NCBI RefSeq assembly: GCF_009914755.1
Contig: NC_060933.1
Direction: 5' to 3' (one strand)
Length of the DNA: 64,000 nt
Origin: the human T2T-CHM13v2.0 reference genome, Homo sapiens
Both the position numbers and the translations under genes were made by a program. Below the pieces are notes generated by a model, which saw only the letters and a list, made by a program, of their open reading frames with translations, did no database searches and was not told the DNA's origin. Position 1 is the stretch's first letter. Every line of letters starts with the position of its first letter. This document shows, piece after piece, positions 14,483 to 29,325 of the stretch.

Positions 14483-15414
14483 GTGTAGTTTTTGGCACAG
14501 CAGAGATAATATATCCAAAATGACAGATGGGGAAACAACTCTGTATACTATAAAAACAATCCCAACTTAGCTTATGAGAGACCATGAGCTGTGGTTGACA
14601 GAGCATAGAGCCAGAAATTGTGGGTTTGAGTCCTAGCATTCTCTCTCTATAGCAGGATGAGCCTGCACAAGTCAACCTCCGTCAGGGCAGAAGCCTCCAG
14701 GAAGCACTCAGGCACTGGAGTCAGGCAGACCTGAGCTCAAACCCCCATCTCCTTCCCTTCCCAGCTTCATGACCTTGGGTCAGTTAGTTGACCGGGTGAG
14801 CCGCCTTCTCTCCCTTTGCCCTCCTGACACTTACTCTGCTATTTTCCTCCTATCCCCAGGCTTCTTTGCCACTGCCTCCTCAACATCCCCCCACCCCCAG
14901 TTATTCACGTTGAGGTTCCCGGGGCTCTCTGGCTTAGGCATTTTCTGTTTTCATTCTATATGCTCTTCCTGAACAAGTTGATACACTTCTAAGCCTTCAA
15001 CTACCATCAGCTTCTAAATTGAAATCAGAATCCCTGAGCCTAAGATCCCTGCATCAAGCTTCCCTGACACCTGTATTGGTCGTTCTCAACTTGTTTGCAC
15101 TGAATTCATTGTCACCCCCACCGTGATGGCTGCCTCACTGAATGTCATGCCCATCCACCTAGGTAAGCCTAATCCTCCCTTCCCCTGCCCCCTAAGTGCA
15201 ATGGTCCTATGGATTTTACCTCTGAAATATAGACTTTATTTGTTTATTCAACAAATATTTATTGAGCACTTCCATGTGCCAGGCAGCATTCTCTTCATAC
15301 TCTTTGCCACTGCCCTGTTCCAGCCCTCCATCATCTTTCCCCTTGATGACCTGACTCCGGAGATCCCCACTTGGCGCCCTTGAGGTCATTCTCCATTCTG
15401 CAGTCACTTCCATC

Positions 15415-15728
15415 TTTTTTTTTTTTTTTTTTTTTTTTTTGAGACAGAGTCTTGCTCTGTTGCCCAGGCTGGAGTGCAGTGGTATGATCATAGCTCACTG
15501 TAACTTTGAACTCCTGGGCTCAAGCGATCCTCCTGCCAAGTGATCTGGCCTCCTAAGTAGCTGGAACTACAGGAATGCGCCACCACTCCTGGTTAATTTT
15601 TTTTTTTTTTTTAAGTTTCTTGTAGAGATGGGTGTTGCCATGTTGCCCAGGCTCATCTAGAACTCCTGGCCTCAAGCAACCTTCCCTCCTTAACTTGGGA
15701 TTACAGGCGTGAGCCACCATGCCCGGCC
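15415..15728 (-). mobile_element. AluJ
   Basis: Poly-T head and antisense Alu body. Confidence 0.85.
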
Positions 15729-17941
15729 GCTTACATCTTTTAAAGTGTGAATCTGATTGCCTCCCTCCCGCCCCGCCCCTTGAGTGCTCCCTATACCCTC
15801 AAGATAAGGTTTCAAATTCTCAGAAACAGTGACATTCTCTGGCTCCTGCTCATGTCCCAGCCTCATCCTAGGCTACCCACCCTTCTCGGTTTTTCTCTCT
15901 CCCCTCTTGCGATACTTGCTTTCTTTCTGTTTCTCAAAGAGACCACACTTTTTCCTGCCATTCTCTCTGCCTGGAATACTTTAACCCTCTTACTTCACCC
16001 AAATAACTCCTTCCCGTACTTCAGTTCTCAGCTCAACGTCCTGAAGCTGGGAGCCCCTTCCCTGAATTCCCACACTAGGTAAGGTCTCCCTGTGGCATAT
16101 CACAGCAGCCATGACCTCCTCCCAGGGCTTGGATCGTGAGTGTTCAGCTCGTCTTCCCAAGCTGTGAGCAACATGAGGGCAGGGCCCTAGCACATTGTCT
16201 GGCATACAGTGGGTACTCGTTAAAGAGTTATTGTCAAACAGGGATAATGATACTGACATCACAGTGCAGGGTGAAGTATGTGCTTAGGGGAGTTAAGGCA
16301 ATGACATTAAGAAATATTTCCTAAGCTCCTACTGTATGTCAGACGCTGGCTGGACCCAGGGAGACCAGAGTTAAGAGGACATCATCTCTCCCTTCAAAGA
16401 GCTGCCAGTCTAGCTGCAGCTTGAGAACCTTGCAAATCACTCCTCCCGAATTAGTTATGATGGGAGGCCTGGACTTTGCCATGGGCTCTTCACCCCAATT
16501 AAGGCTGTAGGCAAAAAGCCCTCAGCCTTAAGCCTTAGCTCTCACACAATGGCTGGTTATGCTAAAGCTAAGCCTCTGCCAGTCTCGTGGTGGCATTTCC
16601 CGAACCTGCCTGGCTCTCCCCGAACATGCCTGGCTCTCCCCTACTTCTCCTGTGACCCTCAGAAGAGCAGCTTGATTCTAAGTAGCTACTTCCTTCCCTT
16701 GTCACTCCACACTTTGCCTCTTGGGGCTGGCATTGTTAGGGCAACTCGCCCTGCCTGCAAGGCAGGGTGAGGGTTAAAAGTGCCCCGCGACCTCTTCGAG
16801 CATCTGTGAGATGGGCATTGGCATGAGGCTTTGGTGAGAGAATGGCTGTAAAGTGCTTGACATGGAGTAAGTGCTCAGTAGTCATTAGCCAGTACATATG
16901 GGGTTAGGTTTAGGATCAGGGTCAGTGTCAGGGTTACGGTTAGGTATGTCATTAAGCAACACAAGAGTACCTACTGTGTGCAAGACACTGAGTTGTGGGC
17001 ATGGTGCTGTGTGCTCAGTGGGCATCCAGCTCTCAGTCTAGAGAACAAGGAATTACAGGAACTATAGTTAGAAGGAACCTGAGAAGTTATTTATTCCAAC
17101 CTCTCCCTTTACTTGAGCCATGGCGTTTCAAGATACACATACCTAGCGTGCATGACCTAAAAGGTGCACTCAATCTTCTTTCTCTCCCAGAGGTCTCAGT
17201 GTCCCTGGTCCTGTGGCTGCACCTAGGCTGTCTCCTCCCCTGATGTTGGCAGCTGAACATACAGGTTCCAGAGCTGGACTGCTTCCTAGCTGGATAACCT
17301 TGGGAAAGTTACTTTAACTTCTCTGAGCCTCAGTTTTCTTATCTGTAAAATGGAGCCACAGAGCTGCTCTCAGGATTAAATAAAAGAGGAGCACAATGCC
17401 TGGCACATAATAAACATTCAATGAGTGGCAGCCACCGTGGTAATTTTGGCAAGAGTCAAAGTTCTCCACCACCTGCCCCTTGTCCACCTGATCCATTTCT
17501 TTTCTGCTGTTCTCCTTCATACGTGCTCTGCTCTACAAGGTTTCCAGAGTGGGGCTTAAGGATCCATGCCTCTGGCCTCTGCCCACGCTTTGAATGCCAC
17601 CCCTCTTCTGGATCTGATGCTCTCCTATCCATTTGCCAACTCTGACTTACCCTCAGGGTCTGTCTAACTTCAGAACCTGTGCCCTTTGTCATGGTATCCG
17701 AAGAAATGGAGGAGGATGGGGTCAAAGGAAGAAGAAGACAGAGGGTCTCGTTCCCAAGACCCTGTTCCCAAGAGCCATGTTCAGAAAGTTCCTTTGGGGC
17801 ACCGTTTCTGCTGGGTTTGCTTCTTGCCCTGAGTAGGGGGTATTTAGTTCAACAGGGGAGCCAGATAGTCACATGAGCCACCAGCCACAAGTGGACCTTA
17901 TGGGAACACTGGGTTTGGATTTGGCCTTCATGGTGAACTAA

Positions 17942-18181
<240 letters not shown>

Positions 18182-18950
18182 TGATGAGAAAGAAGCTTTT
18201 GCTGATAGAAGATGAAAGTTGATTACCTGGATGTTTTATTTTTTGGACTTCTCGTGGCTGGCAAATCTGTACATAGTCCTAGAGTGAGGTAAAAGCACAT
18301 TCGTGGTCTAGCAGTGACGGCACATAAATGTCGCACTGAAAGGATTAAGGTACTTATTTTTGTATGCATTCCTTCGATTTTAATGGGCACCTACTATATG
18401 CTAGACACTGTGCTTGGTGTTGGGGGAAAAGCAGAGCAAAGCTGGACACAGCCCCCCTTCCTTGTGGAGCTTGCATTCTAAAAGTGGCAGAGAAGTACTA
18501 TAAACAGTTAATTGTATCATGGAACAAACACAATGAAGGGAAAAACATGGTCCTGTGGGAAGGGAAAGTAGGGGCCCCAGAGAGGTGGGACGGATGCTGT
18601 GGGAGCACAAATAAGGGGTATCAAATCCCGAAGCGGTTAGTCAGAGAAGGTTTCAAGGAGGAAATGACTTCTAAGCTGAGACCTGAAGAATAACTGGGAG
18701 TTGACCACAAGGCCTGGGGAGAGGGTTTCCCAGCGAGAGGAAATGGCACAGGCAACGGCCTAGAGGGGAGTGATCCCTTGAGGTGCAAGAAGGTTGGTTC
18801 ATCCTTTAGCCAGGGGAGTAGGTACCTTGGAGGATCCAGAACCTCAGTTTGGTGAGTCAACACAAGGCTGATCAGACTGAGAAGAACCCATTTACAGTGA
18901 CCAAACTCACAGGAGATCAATACACAAATAATAGAACATTTTCCTTTAAT

Positions 18951-19156
18951 GCAGTGATTCCTAAACTTATCCTTTTCTGAAGTCACACTCCCACTAGGAA
19001 TATCAAAAGATACGGACCCTCTTGCCAGAAAAATGTCCAATGCATGCACACACACACACACGTGCACCCACACGCGCACATGCATACACACACACATTTT
19101 GCAGATAGTCTTAAGGGGTGAATGGTCCCTCTAAAGACCTAGGTCAAGAAACCTTG
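18951..19156 (+). mobile_element. hAT-Charlie MITE (MER103C-like) with an internal (CA)n tract; related copies at ~11768-11965, ~29850-29998 and ~54795-54910
   Basis: Shared motif ggaccctct..ccagaaaaatg...cacacattttgca...; the family name is from memory. Confidence 0.5.
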
Positions 19157-19300
19157 CTCTATAATGAGAAAGAAACTGCCAGGTAGACCAGAACATCTGT
19201 GCTGGTGAATGAGAGCATCCTCTCCCTATAGGGAAATTTACTCAGTAAGTCAGTGATGACCAGAAAGGTGCCTCATGGGGCTAGAATAAGAGCAAGGAGA

Positions 19301-19620
<320 letters not shown>

Positions 19621-20065
19621 TCAGCTGATCCTATGACTGGAATCCTGGAGCTAAGATGCCCGTAACCCACTGGATGCTACTGGAGGAACATGGCAAATGC
19701 TCACACTCCAAGTCCCCCAGCTCACATTTCTTCAATGACTTCCCTTTTCCATTTGCACAATGCACTACTATGTAGCACGCTAACTCTGCTGGGTGCTAAT
19801 AGGTTTACCATGAAGTTTCTTGGTCAAATAAAATAAGGAGATGTTGCCCTAAACAATGCTAACCAGGCTTATTTACTGCAGAACTCCTCAGGGCCTTTAA
19901 TATGCTAATAAACTTTGTACTTTTCCTTCATGACACTTATTTCAACATAATTAAATGTAATTATTTGCTTAATATCTGTCTCTCCCACTGGACTGTAGGA
20001 TCCGTGTGAGAAGGAACTCTGCGTTATCTTGTATCAGTAAGTGTTCAGTTAGAAAAATGGAAAGA

Positions 20066-20356
20066 GGCAGGACGCCGTGGCTCATGCCTGTAATCCCAGC
20101 ACTTTGGGATGCCAAGACAGGCAGATCACAAGGTCAGGAGTTCGAGACCGCCTGGCCAACATAGTGAAACCCCATCTCTACTAAAAATACAAAAAATTAG
20201 CTGGGCGTGGTGGTGGGTGCCTGTAATCCCAGCTACTCAGGAGGCTGAGGCAGGAGAATCACTTGAACCTGGGAGGCGGAGGTTGTAGTGAGCCAAGATA
20301 GCGCCACTCCACTCCAGCCCGGGTGATAGTGTGATTCTCCATCTCAAAAAATAAAA
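20066..20356 (+). mobile_element. AluS (Sg-like)
   Basis: TSD AGAAAAATGGAAAGA; inserted into an older LTR-like sequence. Confidence 0.88.
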
Positions 20357-20902
20357 AGAAAAATGGAAAGAATTTAGTATCAGGAAATTGATGGCTACCA
20401 GGGAACTAGAAAAGCAAAGGAAGACATTGAGGTAACAGAGAAAGTAACTGCAGGATGCAGGTACCCCCTCAAGGACTGGGGACAATAGTAAGAGATTAGG
20501 TTGTGAGAACCTAGAAGGTCAACAGAGGGACCCCCCAGGACCTGCAACCCAGATCCCTGAGCAGAGACCAGCTGGGGCTTGCTCCTGGGAGCTCAGAGCA
20601 GGGCTTCTGCAGAGCTGGGACCCAGACCTCTGGCGGGGGAGCACTGCCAGTGGAGCCTCTGAAGAGAGAGATGAAGCTGATTCTAGGAGTGTGGAAAAAA
20701 CTGGAAACTGGAAGTGAAATGACACTGCTGAGATGACACTGGCATGAACAACAAAGACAACAGAAAGGGGCGTATCTTTGTCTGCCTGACAGCCCCTAAC
20801 AAGGAGCCGGCTGGCAAAACTAATGTAATTCAGACAGTTCCAGTCCCACCATTGCCAAGTTAAGTATGGAAGTCTCAGTTTGGAGCTGAGAGTCAGTAGC
20901 TT

Positions 20903-21192
20903 CTTTTTTTTCATTTTGAGATGGAGTTTCACTCTTGTTGCCCAGCTGGGAGTAAAATGACGCGATCTTGGCTCCCTGCAACCTCTGCCTCCCAGGTTCA
21001 AGTGATTCTTCTGCCTCAGCCTCCCAAGTAGCTGGGATTACAGGCACCTGCCACCATGCCCAGCTAATTTTTGTATTTTTAGTAGAGGCGGGGTTTTGCC
21101 ATGTTGGCCGGGCTGGTCTTGAACTACTGACCTCAGGTGATCCATCCACCTCGGCCTCCCAAAGTGCTGGAATTACCTGACACTGCACCTAA
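20903..21192 (-). mobile_element. AluS
   Basis: Antisense Alu. Confidence 0.88.
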
Positions 21193-21546
21193 CCAGGTGT
21201 CAATAGCTTCTCACTGGCCCAGCCACCCCTTTTGTTGCTCAGCATCCACACACATTCTTCTACAGATATTAAGTCTTCTGTACAACATTAACAAATGTAT
21301 ATTTTTTTGTATAACAAGTTTCAATGCATCCTTCATATTAACACAAGGCCCTCTCCCCTTCTCCCACAGAGGGGAGATAGGAAGCCCCAACAGACACTGC
21401 ACCCATCTTTTGAGTGAGGTTATTCCTTGGCAGTTCTGCCTGAAGAGTTTATAACCTACAAGCTCCTGCCAATAATCCTTCTATAAAATAACAAGGATAA
21501 AAGAGGAAACAAAAGAAAAAATTAGTTAATAAAAACAAATATGCTA

Positions 21547-21973
21547 GCCAGGCATGGTGGCTTGCGCCTGTAACCTCAGCTACTTGGGAAGCTGAGGCAG
21601 AAGGATCTCTTGAGCCCAGGAGTTTGAGGGCAACCTGGGCAACACAGCAAGACCTTATCTCTTAAAACAAAACAGACCGAGTGCAGTTGCTCCCACCTGT
21701 AAACCTAGCACTTTAGGAGGCAAAGGCAGGCGGATCACCTGAGGTCAGGATTTCAAGACCAGCCTGGCCAACATGGTGAAACCCCATCTCTACTAAAAAT
21801 ACAAAAATTAGCTGGGCATGGTGGTGCATGCCTGTAATCCCAGCTACTCAGGAGGCTGAGGCAGGAGAATTGCTTGAACCCAGGAGGCAGAGGTTGTGGT
21901 GAGCCGAGATCCGCCACTGCACTCCAGCCTGGGTGATACAGCGAGACCCCCTCTCAAAACAAAACAAAACAAA
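21547..21973 (+). mobile_element. Alu monomer followed by AluSx
   Basis: Alu motifs; (CAAAA)n tail. Confidence 0.87.
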
Positions 21974-23658
21974 ATGTGCATATAGATTAATAAATAGAAA
22001 GATAGATGACATAGATACAGATAGACATACACATACAAGCAAGGAGAAAAAACTGTATCACTACTATAGTTCTCTTTCTGTAACTGGTCACAAGGCTGTA
22101 GTTAATATTCATAAATTCCTTCTTCCATTATTCATCCCAGGTTCCATTTGCCTTGAGCCCACCCTTCCATTGTTCTGGCTTTTTACCAGTAGGGTGATCA
22201 AAACCTTCATTCCTGAAGGGTCCAAACCCTTAGTGGTCCTGCCTTTGTTGGTTATTTAGTTGGTTGGGTTAGTTTTTTATGAACTTTTACTGTGGTCAGT
22301 GGAAGTACCAAGAGGTGTCCTGGAGAACTGCTGGGTTCCATAGAGCGTTCCCTTTCTCCTAATGGATGGCAGCATTATCTTCTATATCCAGCCTTCTCTC
22401 AGGAGCCAGGAGAAACTGGTGGTAACACAGATCATAACAGCATAGAGTTGCTCCCAGAGAACTCAGTAGGGATTACTTTACCCTGGAGGCCAGTAAGCCA
22501 GGGAGGTTTCCTGGAAAAAGAAAGATCTACTCGGTAACCTAAAAAAGAACAGACGAATGCAGCAGGGTTGGTAAGAGTGTTAAAGGCAGAGGGGACAGCA
22601 TGTGCAAAAGGATTACAGTTGGGAGAAGACATGTCATAAATAGGGAGCTCCAAGTAATTCAGGGGCATGAGCTAACAGTATGAAAGGAGACAAAGGGCAA
22701 GAGACGAAGCCCGAGAGATGGGCGGGGTGAGGACAAAGGTTATGGTTGTCTTTCACCCTAAGGCAGTGGGGAGCAAGGGAAGGCTTTAGGCAGGTAACAT
22801 AGTAACTCATTTGTTCTTTAGAAAGACTTCTTTGATTACATATAGAGAAGAGGCCAAAGGAGATCAGATTAGGTAGGAGATCCTTCTGGTAAGATGATGG
22901 GAGAGAGGAGCATGTGAAGGGCATGGGCTCAGGGTGATGGGATAGGTGACCTGGGATCCTGGTCCTGGCCCCAGCTCTCAGGCTGCCTGCTGGATGACCC
23001 TGGGCCAATGCCTTCCCTCTCTGGGCCCCTTTCTCTTCATCTTTAAAATGAGAGAGTTGAACTGGATAATTTCTAGGGCCCTTCCAACCTTAAGTAAGAG
23101 TCTATGATGGAGGAGAAAGGTAGCCAAGGAGTATTTTGGTCCTGATATTATAGGACAGATGAAGTTTGGAGTGTCCTGAAAACCACTAAAAAGGAGTCTC
23201 TGTTTGTGGCCACCTAGTCATTACCCCTGACTCACCTCACCCTGTGAGGGACTGATTCAGGCTTCTGTCCCTCTTCTGTTTTCCCCAGGGACCTCTTTCT
23301 GCTGCATTCCAATCTACCCCCACAAACAGTGCTTCCTGTTGGCATCCTGAAGGCGCAGGCTGCTGGGCCTCTGGGCCTCAGATGGGTGACTGAGGCCATC
23401 CCAGAGTAAACACAGGGGCCTCAGCCACTGCTATTATGAAGCATATACCACCTGGGTGGGTCAGAGCTGGGAATGCTTATTGTACAGCAGGTCACGGGCT
23501 GGGCCACCAGCAGAAGAGTCACCTTTGCTGTGAGAATTTAAATCCATCCTTCTATGTATCAAAATTCTTTGAACATCTACTGTGTGCCAGGCTTTGGGGT
23601 TCAGGGCAGGCAACATATTCTCTCTAACTATAGCTCTCAAACCTTCGACCCGCAGTAA

Positions 23659-24258
<600 letters not shown>

Positions 24259-25932
24259 TAGCCATGGACAGTAGAAGTATCTTTATTAGCCTATCTCCCC
24301 CACAAGTCTGGGAGCAGCTTGAGGGCAGGGACCACGTGACTACGTCTGATTCATCACTGTGTTCCCAGCATCTCACATGAGTCCCATGAGTTGGAGCTGA
24401 TTAAATGTTTGTAAAAGACAAAGCATGCAGGCAGGCAGAGCACCTGCTCCTAGGTCCCTCGTATTGTTCAACTAATCACACCAAATTCAATACCTGGCAC
24501 ATGATAGACAACTTATGATTTTGAATAATAAAAACAATCCATTATATTTTTATGCACATCCAAGTTTTCAAAGCAGTTTAACATCTGTCAGAGGTCTTAA
24601 CCCAGTGGCTCTCAGGACAAATCTGGTTGCAGTTTTTGTTTGGTTGGTCCAATTCTTGAAGCTGCTTGGGTTCGAGCACCTAGGTGGGGCCATGCACTGC
24701 CCAGATCCCTCCCACTCCCTTCTGTGTGACCCTAGCAGCATCAGTCATTTCTGGTACCCGCCTTAAAGCCTTTGAGCTCCGGGTCCTTCCATCTCAGACT
24801 TCTCATGCATCCAGTGAGCTGGGAATGGGCTCATCCTGAGATTGGGAAACTAGGTCTTGGAGCGATGAATGACAGACATGTGATAGTGAAGCTGGAACTC
24901 AAACCCACTCCCATCTTACCACAGCCCAGTGGTCTCTCCGCTACCCTCTACTGCTGCTTACATTGGGACCATAAAGCCTTAAATGATAGCAACTGTAGAC
25001 AGTTATTACATATTCTAATCAATACTGCAAACACAAAACAAAAGAGAGACTGAGTTAGGATCTCTTGCCCCACAGAGGCTGGGGAGCTGAGAGAGGTGAG
25101 AGAGATGGCGTGGTGTGGTGGTTAAAAGCCTGGGGCCTGGAATCCATGCCTCAGGCTGGCCTCTAGTCCTAGATCTACCACTGACCAGCTCTGTGATCAT
25201 GAATAGGTTACTTTTCCCCTTGGAGCCTCAGTCTCCTCATCTGTAAAAGGGGCATTGTGGTAGTACCTATTGGAGAAATTATGGTTAGAAAAAAAGATTA
25301 AGTATTCAAAATACATAGGACAGCACCTGGCCCAAGACAGGTGTCCTGTGACTGGTACTTGTGGCTGTTATCATTATGATGATTATTGACTCAGGCTGGA
25401 GAGAAAGAAGTGAGTTAGAGCCTGGGATTTGTTAAGCTTTCTCTAGGTGCCTGAGAGGAGTCTCTAGGGAGACAGATGTGCCTGGATATGCTGTCTTTCT
25501 GCCTCCTCAATGGTTTTGCTTGGAAAATGAGGTGCTGCTGAAACTTTGGGATCTGCAAATGCTTGATTATGGCATTCAGAGCCCCAGCCTAACTTTGAAG
25601 GTCTACCTTCCATCCTGCTGTCTCTTCTGCCCCATGTTCTAGTCAAACAGGACTAGCTGGCATTCATTGATAAACACAACCAGCACTTCCTACTGCCTAT
25701 TCTCACCTCATGTATTGCCCCAGCACAGAATGCCTTTCCCTCTTTTCTCCGCCCATCTCAGTCCTCCTCATCTGTCAATGCTTAGCACATAACAGAAGGC
25801 CATGAAGTCTTTGCCTGCAACCCTCAAACAAGGGCATGTGGCTTTGCCTGTGCATCCACAGCTCAGCTGGGAAAGGAAAGCTTATTGTGGAGGATCCTTG
25901 CTAGGCTCTGTGCCAAGCACTTTAACAGCTTA

Positions 25933-26328
<396 letters not shown>

Positions 26329-28419
26329 TTAAAAACTTGCTCGTGTCACACAACTAGTGATACAGTCAGATTCAAGTCCCAATCTTCCCAAAGCCTGTCC
26401 TTTTCATTCTTCTTGCCAGCGTCATGGTTCTGGTTTATTCTGTATTCCTCTATCTCCTCTCTAGATAGGGGCATGTCTGATTTATAGTTGTTCCCCCACC
26501 AAGCACAGTTCCTGGCACCCAGTGGGAGCTCAGTAAGGTTCCCAAGTGAATGAAAAGGTCCATCTTAGAGCTTTAAGACAAAAACACCACAGTCCTCACA
26601 ATCAGATGCTACTTCATTTGAAAAAGGGTCCTTTATACACTGTGAGCTAATAAAGAAGCATTTGGAGCTATTTGGGCAAATGGCCTTTACCATGATGGGA
26701 AACTGGTAGACTAACTCTAGCCCTTCCCCCTCCTACACGTCCCTGTCATTCCTCTTAGGAAGGATAAGCTAGAGCCTCGCTGGCAGTTTGTATGAGTATC
26801 TCTTTCATGGGGCTGTTGCTTGCCTCAGTGTTACTAGTAGTAATCATCTGCAAAATAACTGTACCACTAATCTTTACTCCCTCCTCCCAATTAATGATAC
26901 CCCATGCGAGTGTCTCAGATGAAAGACACATTATTAATATTCAAAGAAAAAACCCTCGTAACCATTTTAACATATACAACTAACAATGAACTAAATTTGC
27001 TTTGTGGAAGACAGAGAGTGAGCATCCCAAATTAGTTTATGTAAAAGCTGAAATTCTTCCCCGAAAGGTCTCAGTACCATCCTCAAAGAATATCCTGATC
27101 ATCAGAAATGCCGTCAAGATTCCCGCCAACATTATCCCCTTTGTTGTCTGAAATGTCGAATCAAGCACATCTGGCAAATGTCCTAGAGCTCACAAATCTT
27201 TCAAACAGCATATAATTCCCAATGGTTAAAGAGATAACGCCACCGCTTAATCGTGCTGCTCTTCAAAATAGCACCAACTTTCCTTCAATCAGAAACAATG
27301 GCTTTGGCTTCTTAAAAATATCACACACCAGTGATTATTTGCAGAGAGGGCCCTTTTGCATTTGAACCTGTGGGTTCCAGACAGAATTTAAAATCAAAAC
27401 CACAAGCCTCATTTGAATGCACACTCCATTAAATGGACAATGGGAATAAGGGGTGTGAATTGGGGTCTGAAAAGTAACCTGGCTTATGTGACTCGGCTGC
27501 CACCACCAGAATCATGAGGAAGATGGCGATGATGGTGGTGGTGAGAGCTAACCATGACTGAGCTTTTGCCATGCACCAGACCCTCAACCAAGGGGTAGGG
27601 AGTACTCATGTGGTCCCTGTTTGACAATGAGGAAACAGGCTCAGTGGGGTTAAGGAATTTCCCCAGGAAATTTGGCAGGAGCCCGAATTCACACTCAGGC
27701 TCGCCTGCCTCCCCAGGTTTCCCGCTTTCCATTTCTGGCCAGCTCCAAGATCATCTGTTGAAAAAGGCATGGGTGAAAAGCTCCCAGACATGATGTTTAT
27801 CTGCTCCCCACCCAGCTTTAGAAAAGGGCGAAATTTAAGCCGCACAGTGAACACCTAGAGAAGAAAGATCACTTTTGTCTTCTAAATTTTCTCTGGTGTT
27901 TTTTAGACAGTTGAAAACTGGAAACATCCTCAGTGTCCAATAGGAGAGGACTGATTAAATAACATATAGTTTATTCTTACTACAGAATACAATGCAATCA
28001 TTAAAAATGGCAGCGAAGAACTAGATCTACTGATATACAAAGGTATCCATATTTTATTTCAGGTGATAAAGCAGGATAATAATAATAGCCAGCATTTGCC
28101 AACTGCTTACTGTGTTCCAGGCACTGGTCTAAGCCCTTTACATATATTTTATTTTATTTCATTTTATTTAATCTCCACAGTAACCCTGCAAAGTCATTAT
28201 CCTTGTTATTCCCACTTTACAGATGATGAAACTGAGGCAATGTGAAATGCCTGCCCAAAGTCAAACTGATAGCAAGTGGCAGAGCTGGAATTGGAAGCCA
28301 GGTCCAGCTGACTTCAAAGCTAAAGACAATGTTAGAGCTGACTTTGAATGAGAAGTTGGAGTTTACTAGTGCAAGAAAGAAAGAACCGAGGGCCTGCCTA
28401 GCAGCCCTATATTTTATAG

Positions 28420-29325
<906 letters not shown>

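Noticed and set aside
18312-18338. Small hairpin CAGTGACGGCACATAAATGTCGCACTG
   Set aside because: Too short and imperfect for a pre-miRNA or known ncRNA; no box motifs.
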